DNA of 64,000 bases from Selaginella moellendorffii (GCF_000143415.4 NW_003314322.1:62001-126000); one strand, 5' to 3'. Counted from the stretch's first letter, positions 1 through 13,011 are shown. Translations and numbers: made by a program. The notes: generated by a model from the letters alone, not told the origin.

Positions 1-410
1 AGTATAAACAGTGGTAAAGAATACGAGGGCATGGAGCTGGATGACTGTTCACAGCGTGAATAGCAGCAGCTCCCAGACAGTCTCTATCTGGCGTCATATA
101 GTTTACAATGTTACTCTGACTGGATGCCATTGTAGAACCAACTCATTTTAAGAAACAACTAGCATTTAAAATCACATGAACCGCTCACCTAGATACAAGA
201 GACAAGACAAGAAAAACCGGATGGAATTCCGTTCTTTGACTTTAAGTTCCGCTTTCAATGCAGCTGTTCTACATTGGCAAAGTGATTTCACTCCTGAGTA
301 GACACGTGTATGTGCCAGGTGGAGCGACGTGGCAGTTCGGCCGGCTCGCTTCGTACGGGCACTCGATGGTTTGTTTTTGGGATGCTGGTGTTGGCATTCA
401 TTAGGAAGCC

Positions 411-1203
411 ATGGGTGACATAGTAGAACGACCAAAATCATCGGGCTTGCCGCATTCCAAAACCGGTGGAAAGAAGAAGGAACATGTCTTTCAGAGGTTT
501 CCTACCAACATTGACGAAGTAGCGCAGAATGCAGTGTGGAGAGAGTTCTGTAAGAAATTGGATTCTAATGAAGTCAACGTTGGAGAGTTCACAATCAACC
601 CTTTAACAAGTACGTTGCATATCTTACTCATTGCATGGTTAAATTGATAATGCATGTGCAGCTGTACCCATTACCGAGAAACCAACACGAGTCGTTCCTT
701 CTGTGCGGGGTACCACTCCTCAACCTCCATCTCAAAAAGTCAAAGTGGCGTTTGACCGTGCTAGTTACAGCTTAATCGGTGATTGTGATCAGTTTCCAAA
801 GAGGAGTTTAAGGATGCAAAGCAGCTGCTTGAGGACTTGTATCCCATTAAGAATCTGGACCTGGTTCCTCCAGAAAAATATGAAGTCCCACTTACTTATG
901 CTCAAGAGTATGGGTGGGCCAACATGCCATTGGTACTGATATATTAGATATAGTTTTTGTTTTGTCAATAGATAATTTCATCAGGTGAAGCCAAAGACAG
1001 CTTTCGAGTTTCCGAGGCGAACTTGTGAACTTACGCAGTTTGCTGCTGCCTATCTGGAAGCTATGCACACAACTCCATTCTCAAAGAAAGGCTTTGTTCC
1101 TCGTTATATTCTTAAACAGCAAGCAGCACTAAGGGCGGCTGATGCTGCTGCCACTGCCGACACCACTGCTCCTGCTGCTGTTGTTCCACCTCAACCTGGT
1201 TGA
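411..1203 (+). CDS. CFAP144: Spliced gene for a CFAP144/FAM183-family ciliary (axonemal) protein
   Basis: Exon 1 411-609, GT..AG intron 610-661. Later exons give DEVAQNAVWREFCKK..FTINPL/TVPITEKP, PPEKYEVPLTYAQEYGW and FEFPRRTCELTQFAAAY, resembling the FAM183 motifs DEVHQNQILRE..HVNP..TRKP and P.KKYP...T..QE.GW. The second intron donor is uncertain. Confidence 0.7.
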
Positions 1204-1455
1204 TACATCTATGTCTTTGATTATAAAAGAAAACATTTTTGGAGTTTCGTAAATGTCATAGGTGATGTTTGTGGCTGCTCTCTTTTGAGATGCTGAGACA
1301 AATTCCTGAAGGCACTTTCGATTTTGTGTAGCGAGAAAAGCCTTGCAGCCTAGCCACCTGCTTTGACAAAGAGCTATGCACTGTGAGCCTAGGTTCTATT
1401 CTTGTTAAGTTAAGCTCCCCAGTTAAATGAGGCACCCCAGAACCTTAACATAAGA

Positions 1456-1490
1456 CTAGCAAGGAATCCAGCTCTGCTGGCTTAGATAGA
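1456..1490 (-). mobile_element. Helitron 3' terminus (hairpin + CTAG)
   Basis: Reverse complement of CCAGC-AGA-GCTGGATTCCTTGCTAG-T, nearly identical to the terminus after the RepHel remnant at 51194-51220. Confidence 0.75.
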
Positions 1491-1624
1491 AACTAAATAT
1501 TTAATTATCATGTTTGATGAGGTCTTCATTGCAGAGCAATGTTTCTGTGGAACCAGTCAACCACACAGATCCATAAAGTACTGACATCTCTCTCTGTCCT
1601 CTTGATTTTTTCCCTTCCCTGCAG

Positions 1625-2673
1625 GCATTGAGATCTTGCAATTGCATATAGATTAGCTGTAAACAAGAATTCAAGAAACCCCATATTGTATTTCTTCTAT
1701 TTTCTTCCCCCTAGATATGATGCTGTTTCTGCAGCCATTGCTTGAGTGGCACTTTAATTTTATGGACGAAAGTTTCATTTATTGCATCGTATGATACTTT
1801 TTTCCTACAGTTGATGTTCAAGGATATCCATGGCTCAACACCAAGCTTCATGCCCTTGCACATGTTCTGGTGGATACAAAATGCAAGAACTGAGAGTAAA
1901 TGACTGGAGCTCAAAATGTGCCTTTGTGATGGTTTTGTTTTAGGAAGAATTTAAGTTTCGCCTAAAAGGTAGAAGGTGAAGCATCTAGCCATGGTGCTGA
2001 AAAGGGCTGAGGAGCAGGCTCAAATTATTGAATCGCTTCAGGGAACTGTAAGTTTCTTTTTTGTCTCGAGAGGTCTATACATATTTTGTATCCAGGTTAT
2101 AAAAGACTCTATGAAGAAGTGAGGAATTTGTTCTACATTCATAGTAGCACCTGGAGCACGTTCTTTATGTTCGTTTTCTTTTCTGTAGCTTTCTTCTTAC
2201 ATTTCTTGTTCCTTATTTTTAGATGGTGGTGGACGAGATGTAAGGCATGTAATTTGATGTTTTCTTTCAAATGGTTTGTTAATTTATGAGCTCTCCTTCT
2301 CTTCTAAGATGAATGTCGTAGGCATCTCAATGTTGCTCTGGAGCAAATGAAAACAGTTGAAGGTGACTATTGTCATTCTCATTTTTTCCACAGGCATAGT
2401 CTTACTTCAGCTCGTGTTGAATGCGCTCGAGATGAGGCAGATGCAACATTTGCAAAGGAAAATCTGGCGTTGATGATGCAAGAGTCTGAAAGTCAGTGAT
2501 ATTTGTGCATTGCTGTCATAGAAATTGCAAAATTACAGCAATTACAAAGGAGCTCAATACTCAAGAGAAACGTGGAGCTTTCTCAATCTGTAACTGATTA
2601 CCAACATAGGCTCAGAGAAAGCACTCAAAACGTCCAAAGAACCGAAGATGAAGCAAGAAGACTCTTGATAGAG
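1625..2673 (+). pseudogene. NUA: Internal fragment of nuclear pore anchor/TPR gene, with introns, degenerate
   Basis: Exonic peptides LMFKDIHG, MVLKRAEEQAQIIESLQGT, YKRLYEE, FAKENLALMMQESE and ILKRNVELSQSVTDYQHRLRESTQNVQRTEDEARRLLIE follow the plant NUA coiled coil in order. Both ends are missing and there are frameshifts. Confidence 0.75.
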
Positions 2674-3479
2674 GTAATAGAAACTCAACCAGACACTCAA
2701 CCTGCTCAAGTGAAGACACTCCTACACAAATTACAGATTGGATGCCCTGTGTAGGCCCTCATGACCTTTATAAATAGCCTATAATGTAATGTAATGCTTG
2801 GATGGTGGGCTTTGTCATTGAGTATGTGAAATCCGGTAGGTCGCCATGCAAGCATTCCAAGCTCAAACTTGCCAAGGGCGATCGGCATTGTGAGCAAGGG
2901 TGCCAGAATTGACATGACCAAATGGTAAAGATTTTCCATTCTTTTCTAGCAATTTCTTTCTTTTCTTCTTCTTGTGGAAGGCATCACTCCAAATGCGTTT
3001 TGGAGATCCAAGCTCCTGTCATGAGCGTTCTCAAAGCCAAAGGCTTTGCTGCATTGAAAGTACTTTTTTTTTTTTTTCACAGAATGTGATGTGATAAGAG
3101 AGCTTTCTGATTTGTACAGGCTTTGGATCAAACTATTATGAAGGATATGCTACATGGAGAAGTGAGCTGTAAAAATATTTGCTGTCGTGCCGAGGGAAAC
3201 TCAACAGCTTTGGCATGTGAAGTTGTCCAGATTTGAGCCATCTCAGTTCCCTACATCCTACAAGGTTTGCGTTTTGGATGCTTTTGATTGTATTCATCTT
3301 TCAAGACGCATAGGATGTATCTTTGCATGTTGGGAGTCATTTTACTCATGAACAATGTAAGCTTTCTCTTATGATAATGCACAGGATCATGGTACTTAGA
3401 TGCACATGGATCATGGATTGGCTAGTCCTTTCGGATATTCTTTCTTTACTATCATGATGGTAGGAGCTTAATTTCCCAC

Positions 3480-3910
3480 TTGAGCTAGTTGAGAAACTAG
3501 TCAATGACCAAGCACTTAAATTGGATAAACATAAAGTAGGAACCTTATGTGTTTTTTGCTGAGCATACTCGACCTAATTTGAGAAATTTGTGTCATTGGC
3601 TTGCACTTGCTAGTATCAAGAACCCTCGCAATATTGAGTTTGGTCCCTCAATATTCGCTAAATGATAGCTGCCAAACACTCTCACTATCATGCCCTTTGT
3701 GTTAATCTCATTCTGGTCCCAAATGCTATTTATGGAAAGTGTCTAGATTTGCTCATTTAGCATATTTATGGAATGTAAAGATTGTTCTAAACACAATGGT
3801 GTTCGTCCCATATGTTCCGATACCACATGTAACGCACTTTATCCCCCAATGTTCTAAGGATCCACAGTGACAGTATATCTAAATCTCATCCTATAATCAC
3901 ATGCGTTACA
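3480..3910. repeat. Deleted copy of the 11400-12490 composite (LTR-element internal sequence + TRIM PBS/LTR)
   Basis: 3590-3810 aligns with 11500-11715 and, inverted, with ~55400-55625. It is followed by a minus-strand PBS (3814-3825) and a shortened TRIM LTR TGTAACGCA...TGCGTTACA (3828-3910). Confidence 0.65.
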
Positions 3911-4299
3911 CTTCCATTTTAAATTATGAAATATAAAATTTTCTATAATCACTATTTTAGTTATTTAACTTTACTTTTACAAGAAAAATATGTTTAACTT
4001 TAATATTGTAGTATTCAATTAATAAAATACTCTTTATTCTATACTACAAAAGCTTTATAGAACAAAGAGTATTTGATTGATTCAATATCTCATTATTAAA
4101 ATTCAATATAGTTTTGTTGTACAAAATGGTATATAGTACAAACAATAAAAGATATTCTATAAAGTTAAAAATAAATAAAGTAGTGACTCTAGAAAATGAT
4201 ATATTTTATAACTTAAAATAGAGAAATTGAATAGCTCCAGCTATTTTATCTTGTAAATATACTTTTATCAATAATCTTATGATACTTATTACACATTCA

Positions 4300-5810
4300 T
4301 CAATGAATCTAATCATATTGAGTTTTCTGTAAGCTCAGATATAGTTTAAGATTTCTGCAATATCATAACGTTAGAATACTGTTATATACACTAATAATTT
4401 TTGCATTGATACATGGAAAACATATAGATAAATATAATGACAATTAGGTAAAATTATTATCAAGACAACATTAGATATAATACAAAAGGCTACCATCTTG
4501 AAAAATGTGATTCATCATCACTTATACTTTTATAATTATTAAATCAACCTATGGACATTTCTTAAATTTTCTGGCATGTTTTGGTTAAAAAAAAAAGAAT
4601 GTGAATCATCAATACCTTAATATCAGAGTAAAAGATTAATCATTGGAAAATTCTAGCCTCAATAACATTGTTATGATGTGAATCTATATAAAAATAACTG
4701 AAACAGAGGTAATAATTTGCTCTAATAATAGCATTCTCTCTATATAAAAACATATAGAGAAATAATGTTCATGATATATAGTAAAATACTTTAACTTTTA
4801 AACAGTAATTTAAAAAGTATCAATATATATATTATGAAGGGAGAGGACATCGAATAAAAATATGAAAAATATTAAAAAATATCTATAACTAAAATTATAA
4901 CTTACTTAAAGAGAATTTATTATAAAATTGTTTTACAAAATACTAAATAAAACGCAAAAACTCATAAAATAATTTGAAGTACAATATAAGGAAATAGTGT
5001 CTATTAAAGATGATATATTCTAAATTAAAATAGAGGAGTTACTAGTTCTAGATATTTCTTGTGTAAAATAAGTTTTCTAGCATTAATCTTATGGTATTTA
5101 TTAATGCAAACATAACTGAAATTAAACACATTGAGTTTTCAATTGGGTAAGATATAGTCTAAGGTTTATGTAATATCATACATTTTCTAACAATTTATCA
5201 TACATTGCATTTATATAGGAAAAACATAATAAGATATAAATATACATTAGTATATGGACCATATAAAAATAGTTGATCTATCATCAATTGCAATTAAATT
5301 ATAATAAACCTATCTAAATACCATTAATGTTATTGTGATATATTATAGTTTTAGCATAAAGAAAATATTATATATCATCAAACCCTCAGTATAGTTTAAA
5401 ACATTTATCATTATTAAATTTTAGCATTTATAAGGGTGTCATAAATCCTTAATTTTAAATATAAATACATGAATATAGAGAGCTAACAACCTTAATTCAT
5501 ACTAGGATTCTCTCTATATAAAAAAAATACAAAAAGAATTTTTATGATATTTATATTTATGATATATATTTCTAATTTTAAATATTACTCTCAAAATGCA
5601 TGAATATAAATATTAGGAAAAATGTAGTATCAAAGATTAAAATGCTTGAAATTTTTAAAATAAATTATAACATATAAGTCTAAAATCTTTTAGCATTGTG
5701 CAATTCCAAAACTTTCATTCTAAAATGATGAAAATATAATGTTATATATAAATGTTTATATTTTTTATATTTAAAATATATATGTAGTTTAGGTAAGTTC
5801 CATATATGCT
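4300..5810. repeat. Degenerate AT-rich repeat units related to non-autonomous Helitron interior
   Basis: 4310-4450 resembles 5120-5250. 4730-4900 and 5500-5800 resemble 15730-16020 and, inverted, 56790-57180. Confidence 0.5.
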
Positions 5811-6162
5811 TTTCTTTGATCAAATAACCTTGTGATTGTATAATTTTATCTGATCATAAACGGTTGGGCTATTTTTAAATAATTCTATTAATGTTATTGA
5901 AAAGCTACTAACACCACTAAAATAATAGAATATAAATGGTTATATAATTTTTCTATCCCAGTTGGACTAAACTTTACTAAATATAAAGAAAGAATTCTTT
6001 GAAAGCCCAATATGATTTAAGAGTAATAAAGTTTATAAGAAAGTAAAGTATAGATTTATAAAATCATTTGAAATATATTAATTTATAAAATAATATTTAT
6101 ATTATTAAAAAAAAAATATTAATTAGAATGTTATCATAAAACATAATGATAATATATTACCT

Positions 6163-6336
6163 TGTGAGTGCATGGAATATGGAAAGGGAATACAGAAATG
6201 TACATATCAATTAGCCCAAAAACCCTAGCTTATATACAGGAGCGAGTGGTCCGGATTGAAACCAATCCGACAGCTACCAAAATCCATTACGCTAATATTA
6301 GTATACGGCATCGTAGCCGTACACTTGGCCCTCACA
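6163..6336 (-). repeat. 3' LTR of gypsy element
   Basis: Direct repeat of 11000-11173; adjacent to the PPT. Confidence 0.95.
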
Positions 6337-6368
6337 TCATCCCCTCCTCTCGGAATAATGGAAGGCCG

Positions 6369-9300
6369 TTAGGGTTCTCTTGTAGATGGGCCGGGATCTG
6401 GAGGAACGTCAGGAGGAGGCATCGGCGGATCTGTAGACGATATTAACTGCTCCTGATCCCTTTGTATGAAGCGTTTTAACTGTTGCACATGCACAATCTC
6501 CAGAGGATCGGCCTGCTGAACGTCATGCCGAACCTCATAAACTTGCGGTCCAACTTGCCACAACACCTGATACGGTCCTTTCCACTGCGCAAGGAGCCCC
6601 TTAGATAAACCATGTACCGTAAGATGGGGAAAACGGACTAACACCAAATCATCCACTTTGTACTCCATAGGTGGACGATGATGGGAGTTGTAGCGCCGTT
6701 GTTGTCCCACTTGTACGCGGCCTAATTGTTCGGCAGACTCTGCTCGGACAAGTGGAAGAATGCTTGTCAAATATTGATCCCATGACCTAGCATCAGGAGC
6801 TCGTGGCAATCGCGAAGGTAAACCCAACTTTGTTGGTAATATTGGATCATGACCATATAGAAGTTTATATGGTGAAGCACCAATAGAACTCTGCACCCCT
6901 GTGACATAGGCATACCGAAGAGACGGCAAATAACCATCCCAATCTGAATGCTGAAAGTTCACATACTTTAAAATCATCCCTTTGAATGTCCGAACGAGCC
7001 GTTCCACCAAACCGTCTAATTGTGGATGATAAGCACTCGTAAAAGTGTGGTGTATCCCCAACCAAGATGTCAAAACATGAAATACCTCAGCCATAAATGC
7101 AGGACCATTATCCGAAAGAATCCGCTCTAGACAAGAATGCTGGAACACCACTCGATTGAGGAGGAAGTATCCAACAACAGTTGCAGAGTCACTAGCAAGA
7201 GCACCAACTTCCACCCAACGAGTCAAGTAGTCAGAAGCAATAATAACATACTCATTGCAAGTAGTCGATTGTGGAAAAGGTCCCATAAGATCAAACGCCA
7301 CCAACTCAAACGGACGGGAAACTGCAATTGACTCCAACCGTCCTTCCGCAGCACAAGGGGGAGTATTACGAGCTTGGCACCAAACGCAGCTACGCACATA
7401 CCGGATAATATCACGTCGCATCTCCAGCCAATAGAAAGACCTGCACAGCTTCTCGATGATACGACGGTGTCCCATATGCCCACCTAGAACAGGAGAATCA
7501 TGGTAGGCATGGAGAAACCGTGGAATAAACACCGAAGGTACCACCAGTCGTAAATGATCATCAGGATCCGTCCCCACAAAATAAAGAAGGCCATTTTCAA
7601 GGCGATATTGAGAATGTAAATGCCGGAAAGGCAAGTCATCAGCAAGTGATGCAGGATTCTTAAACCCATCTCGAAGCCTTCGAATCCACGGCTCAATCTT
7701 TTGAGCCTCGCGAACCTCCTCAAGAGAAGGCAGATCTTGCTCTGCACCCTGTGGACACTGAACGTCAAGGACAGCAACCGCCGACGGCACAGAATCCTCA
7801 TCTAGAAAATCCACAGATGCTGGAATAACAGGTTCGTCAGAATGATGAGAAGTGAGTGGAGAAGGAAGAGGAGCTCGAGAAAGGGCATCAGCATCAGCCA
7901 TAGAACTCCCTGGGCGATGAACAACATCGAAATCATATATCTGAAGCTTCAAAGCCCATCGAGCCGTACGACCAACCAGGTTCTTCCGCTTCAATAATGA
8001 AGTAACAGCAGCATGGTCACCTTCAAGTAACGTCCGAGAACCATGTAGATATGCATGAAGTTTCTCGAAACCCCAGACTGCTGCTAAACACTCCTTCTTC
8101 GTCGTGGAGTAATTCATCTCCGCTGGTTGTAATGTACGGCTTATGTATGCAATGGGATGGCTCTGACCAGGCACACTCGAGCTCTCTTGCATCAACACAC
8201 TTCCAAGACCAATGTCAGAAGCATCCATGCGCAAAATAAAAGGTCGAGTGTAGTTAGGATATGCCAAAACTGGAGGAGTCGTCAACAGCTCTTTGAGATT
8301 CACGAACACTCACTCACAATCCGGAGACCAGATGAAAGATGACGTTGATGACTTCAGCAACGCTCGCAATGGTGTAGTGCGATCGGAAAGATGATCCACA
8401 AAACGACCGAGATACTGCACCTTACCCAAAAAGCGCTGCACATCATTCACACACTTCGGAGTAGGGAACTTTAGAATAGCCACAAGTTTGTCAGGATCAA
8501 CTTGCAAACCCTCACGAGAAATACAGTACCCAAGATAAGTTGTGTCCTTGGACCCAAACACGCACTTTGACCGCTTCAGCTTTAAACCAATGTCGTGTAG
8601 CCGATCCAACACTTTACAAACATCACGAACGTGCTTCTCCCATGTCCCCTCCGAGTGGATCAAGACATCATCAATGAAGTCAGCAGTCACCTCCGGCATA
8701 TCGCAAAGAACCTCGTCCATCATCCGCTAGAAAGTTGCTGGAGCATTGTTCAAACCAAACGGCATCACCAAAAACTCGTACAAACCAAATGGTGTACGAA
8801 AAGCAGTCTTAGGAATATCTTCTTCGGCCATCGGTACTTGCCAATACCCAGAAGCAAGATCTAGCTTGGTGAACCAACGACTTCGCCCCAAACGATCCAA
8901 GAGATCAGCAGTGTGAGGAAGAGGATACACATCTGGGATCGTCACTTTGTTTAACAGACGATAGTCGATGCAGAAACGAATACTCCCATCAGGCTTCGTC
9001 ACAAGATGAGGTTCACATGCCCAAGGACTCCGCGACTTCCGAATAACACCCTTTTCCAGCATTTCCTTGACATTTGCTCGTAAAATTTTAATCTCCTTAG
9101 GTGACCGACGACGAACAGGAACCTTGATTGGACGAGCATCCCCGGTAGGAATTGGATGACGTGTGGCAATCTTGGCCCCAGACGATAGGTCAAATTCAAA
9201 GAGATCAGAATACTCCTTCATGAGCCGGTCAACTGCTGCAACACAAAGATCGTCGGAGGGATCGGAAAAGGGAAAAGCAGAACAAGATGGAAACACAGAA

Positions 9301-9857
9301 GGAAAGAGTGGGGAAACAAAAGTAATGGAAGCAGAAGTAGAAGTAGAGGGACGAAGAGGTATGGAAGTGAGAGGAATGGATGAAACATAAGGAAGTATGA
9401 GACAAGGGGGAGAAGCCTCAAAGTCACACTTGGCATGATTGCGTTGCAACCAATCCATACCAAGAATGAGGTCAAAAGCTTGACTCGGCACCACCCACAA
9501 CGATTGCAACTCAAGCTCGAGATCGCCCACACGCACAACCAGGTCCACCTCATCCCGTGCACATGCATGTGTACGGCCGTTGCCATAAAGAATGAAAACT
9601 GATTCTGCCGCACGACGCAAGTGTAGACGACAACGTGTGGCAACAGGTCGAGCAATAGAAGATAAACTTGAACCTGTATCAACCAACACGGAGAGAATAA
9701 TAAGAGACTTCTTGTTATAAAAACGAGCTTGGAAAGTAAACACTAGATGAACTGGTGCCGAGTGAACCCCTTGATGATACTCCCGAAAGAAAGATGGAGG
9801 GGTCACTGATTTATTCGCGCAAGGTCCCTCCGTTACTCGCGCGACTCCTCGTTTCCC
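6369..9857 (-). pseudogene. pol: pol (protease, RT, RNase H, integrase) interrupted by two in-frame stops
   Basis: [39 protein letters not shown] zinc finger, SDNG and WKGPY. The ORFs 8727-9968, 8310-8723 and 6369-8309 are collinear and in the same frame. Confidence 0.95.
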
Positions 9858-10840
9858 GGATGCATCTCGGTGTCCAGACCTTCCACTGCAGCAGCACCCA
9901 GGGTACATTGCTGACGCCAAGGTCTCCACCCAGGAAATGGAGGTCGCCAATCCGGAAAACGACGGCAACGCCGATAAGTATGACCAACTTCATCACACGC
10001 CCAGCAGCGAACATCACGGCCACCACCACGTCCTCGCGCTTGTCCTTGGACTCGAGCAGCAGCAGCATCAACCTCCATTGGAACAGGACCATCACCCATA
10101 GGAAGTGGAGCGGAAGGACGTGCAGCGAGAAGTGGAAGAGGCGACGTCTCATAACGTTGTGCCAAGCGAAGAGCATCGTCAAGGGTGGCAGGAGCAAGTG
10201 CATGCACAAGTCCGACAAGATCTTGACGAAGTGCTGGCCACAACATTCCTAGCTTGATCCGCTCCGACATATTTGGCTCCGCACGAAGCAAAAGACTTCG
10301 GAAACGAACGCCAAATTGCATCACCAACTCCGATGGCCCTTGGCGAAGACGATGCAATTGTTGGAAAGCATCATCACAATCATCGGCATGTTCGAAGGCG
10401 CGTTTGAAGACGTCCGGGAGAACACTCCAATCCCCACGAGTAGCTGCGCTCAAACCATTGTACCACTGCAACGCCGTCCCTTGGAGACACGTGGGAAACT
10501 CACGCAACCGTCGAGCATCATCCCAAGAATGATATGTGGCAATCACCATAAACTGATCGAACCAATGGTACACGTCATCCCCAGAATTCCCGCGAAAGAA
10601 CTCCAGCCGAACGCGAGGATTGGCACCAAGAGTAGGAGGAGTTGTACCACGTGCCGTGAATGCTGCCATCAACTGAGTTTGGTTGTTCAATTGCAAGCGC
10701 ATAGCATTAAGCAATTGAACCAACTGCTGCTCTAGAGTCAAAGGAGGAGATTGCGGATCGGCCATGAAGATGAACGAAAAAGAAAGAGCAAAAGAAGAGA
10801 AACAACAAAAAAGCTGGAAAGAAATGGTAGATCTAGACAA
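9833..10840 (-). CDS. gag: gag (retrotransposon capsid + CCHC zinc knuckle)
   Basis: [30 protein letters not shown] and [14 protein letters not shown]. The true start is probably MADPQ near 10765. Confidence 0.9.
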   Translation of the reverse strand: MSRSTISFQLFCCFSSFALSFSFIFMADPQSPPLTLEQQLVQLLNAMRLQLNNQTQLMAAFTARGTTPPTLGANPRVRLEFFRGNSGDDVYHWFDQFMVIATYHSWDDARRLREFPTCLQGTALQWYNGLSAATRGDWSVLPDVFKRAFEHADDCDDAFQQLHRLRQGPSELVMQFGVRFRSLLLRAEPNMSERIKLGMLWPALRQDLVGLVHALAPATLDDALRLAQRYETSPLPLLAARPSAPLPMGDGPVPMEVDAAAARVQGQARGRGGGRDVRCWACDEVGHTYRRCRRFPDWRPPFPGWRPWRQQCTLGAAAVEGLDTEMHPGNEESRE

Positions 10841-10999
10841 TGCAAAAAGCTAGATTGAAACCAAAATCCTGAAAGGAAAGAACAAAAAAAAGGAAATAGA
10901 AAAAGCTAGATCTAGACGATGCAAAAGCTAGATCTAAACCGAAATCCCAAATCCAAGCACTCCCCAGGGACAATCAAAGGTGCCCCTCATCTCCACCAA

Positions 11000-11173
11000 T
11001 GTGAGTGCATGGAATATGGAAAGGGAATACAGAAATGTGCATATCAATTAGCCCAAAAACCCTAGCTTATATACAGGAGTGAGTGGTCCGGATTGAAACC
11101 AATCCGACGGCTACCAAAATCCACTACGCTAATATTAGTATACGGCATCGTAGCCGTACACTTGGCCCTCACA
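11000..11173 (-). repeat. 5' LTR of gypsy element
   Basis: Direct repeat of 6163-6336, with the PBS at 10981-10998. Confidence 0.95.
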
Positions 11174-11842
11174 ACCTTAAGTTTTTAATTTAATTTTGAA
11201 AAAAATTAAATATTTTAAAATAATTATGGCATTATTATATAATTTTAGACAAGAATCGTAAATATGACTTCGGGTATCAAAAGTTACCTGTCGGTTAGTC
11301 CTTTCACACACTCTTTCCCTACTACCATAAGGGTAGAAGGTCGGTATTGCTAGACCTTTTATTAGTCCCTTTTGTTCAAGTGTTAGTAAATTAAACTTTT
11401 CATTTGTACTTGGCCAGACAAGCATAAGGAAGGAATTCCTAAATGTCTATTTAGCCAAACATACTTGGCCCGGCTTGTTAATTCTTTTTTGCTCTGTTTT
11501 GCACTGGCTTGATAAGAACTCTTGTGTATTGAGACTAGTCCCTCAATATCGCTACCTGATAGGTTACCATATCTGCCAAACACCTTTACTGTTATCATGC
11601 CTTTTGTGTTAATCTCATTCCGGTCCCAAATGCTATTTATGGAAAGTGTCTAGATTTGTTCATTTGGCATATCTATAGAATGTAGCGATTGTCCTGAACA
11701 TAATGGTGTTTGTTCATGTCCAAATTTGTAATCTAGGGACATTCCATATGTCGTAAGTTTTAAGCTTGTCTATAGCGCACCTTGTCTCTCTCCCCTTAAG
11801 CCAACTGGAGACATTTCATATTTAGTAAGTTTTGAGCTTATT

Positions 11843-12490
11843 TGTAATGCATTTTATCTCTCTCCCCTTAAGCCAACTGGAAAAGGGGCATTGCTTGATG
11901 AGAGAGCCCTTAGTGGCTATTTTATCCCCATTTATCCCCCAAGGTTCCAAAGATTAATGGTGACAGTATATCCAAATCTTATCCCATGATCACATGCGCT
12001 ACACTCACCCCCCCTTTAGAGATGTCAATGTCCTCATTGACTCAGTAGGGGAATCAACACCTCCATTTCTGCACTGAATCTACTAATCTTTCTATTGTGT
12101 AGACTAGCTATTTCATGTGAGGCAACTAGTCATCCACCCGTACCGCAGTCCAACGGTAAATACCTTTGTCCGTGGATACTCTATATAAAAGGAAGGACGT
12201 ACGCATAGATGCCTAATACATACAATTTCAAATTTAGGAGTAGGAATATACCTTGTTCAAGGATATATTATATTTGTAAGTAGCCACTAATCAATGGGAA
12301 TCGAACCCGTGTCATTTGCTCCGATACCAAATGTAGCGCACTTTATCTCTCTCCCCTTAAGCCAACTAGAAAAGGGGCAATTACTTGATGAGAGAGCCCT
12401 TAGTGGCTATTTTATCCCCATTTATCCCCCAAAGTTCCAAAAATCCATGGTGATAATATATCTAAATCTCATCCCATGATCATATTTACA
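11843..12490 (-). mobile_element. TRIM (terminal-repeat retrotransposon in miniature)
   Basis: ~160-bp LTRs at 11843-12003 and 12332-12490, a 328-bp non-coding interior, Met-type PBS TGGTATCGGAGC (12318-12329) and PPT AAAGGGGGGGTGAG (12004-12017). Confidence 0.85.
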
Positions 12491-12557
12491 TTGTCCCAGA
12501 GACTAACTTCTGGTACTAAAGGAGGCTTGGGGTGAAAGCCCAAAGCATATGTTCCTC

Positions 12558-13011
12558 AAAGGGAGGGGGGGCTATAGGGGGTTCTAAATGTATAGTAGGG
12601 ATAGTGGGTACATCGAGCATGGCCGACCAACTTGAGGTATAGTTTAGCTCCCGTTTGCGTGCCTATCTTTGTTCTGCATCTGTCTTGCGTCTAAGTTCAA
12701 TTTCCATTCTATGCTAGTCGGTGGAGTACCTATATCCTTGTGTTAGGCTACTGGTATACTGAAATAGCACTAAACTCTGTTTGGCTCTGTTTTGTGTGTT
12801 GGTCCTGGCATTAGGATGCTAGTCACTCTAGGACTATTCTAAGTTGCTCTGTGCTCCTATTCTTGGGCTATATGCTCAGGAGTTGTTCTGTACTCCAGTG
12901 CCATTACTCTTTGGCTCCATGATTGGGAGTTTGGCACTACTCTTTTGTTCAGTGGCCTAGGGCTTTGAAACTTGGGTTTCACACCACTTTCCTCTTGACT
13001 GCAGCTCTACA
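12558..13011 (+). mobile_element. Possible PPT + 3' LTR of the older LTR element hosting the TRIM
   Basis: AAAGGGAGGGGGGG at 12558-12571 is followed by T(A)TAG... at 12573 and ...CTCTACA at 13011. No partner LTR is in the window. Confidence 0.4.

Larger units (their letters stand above)
6163..11173 (-). mobile_element. Full-length Ty3/gypsy LTR retrotransposon without chromodomain
   Basis: 174-bp LTRs at 6163-6336 and 11000-11173 (TG..CA, 4 mismatches), TSD ACCT, PBS TGGTGGAGATGAGGGG (tRNA-Ala type), PPT at 6337-6351, domain order gag-PR-RT-RH-IN. Confidence 0.97.

Noticed and set aside
1-130. Minus-strand open frame MASSQSNIVNYMTPDRD... as a divergent gene start
   Set aside because: Only 43 codons, truncated by the window edge, with no recognisable motif.
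9218-10735. Antisense and alternate-frame ORFs over gag/pol (135-165 aa)
   Set aside because: Shadow ORFs of GC-rich retroelement coding sequence with no motifs.
10981-10998. tRNA-Ala gene
   Set aside because: Only the 3'-terminal match is present, next to an LTR; it is a PBS.
11843-12490. Cassandra element / 5S rRNA-bearing LTRs
   Set aside because: No recognisable 5S A/C-box sequence in the LTRs.
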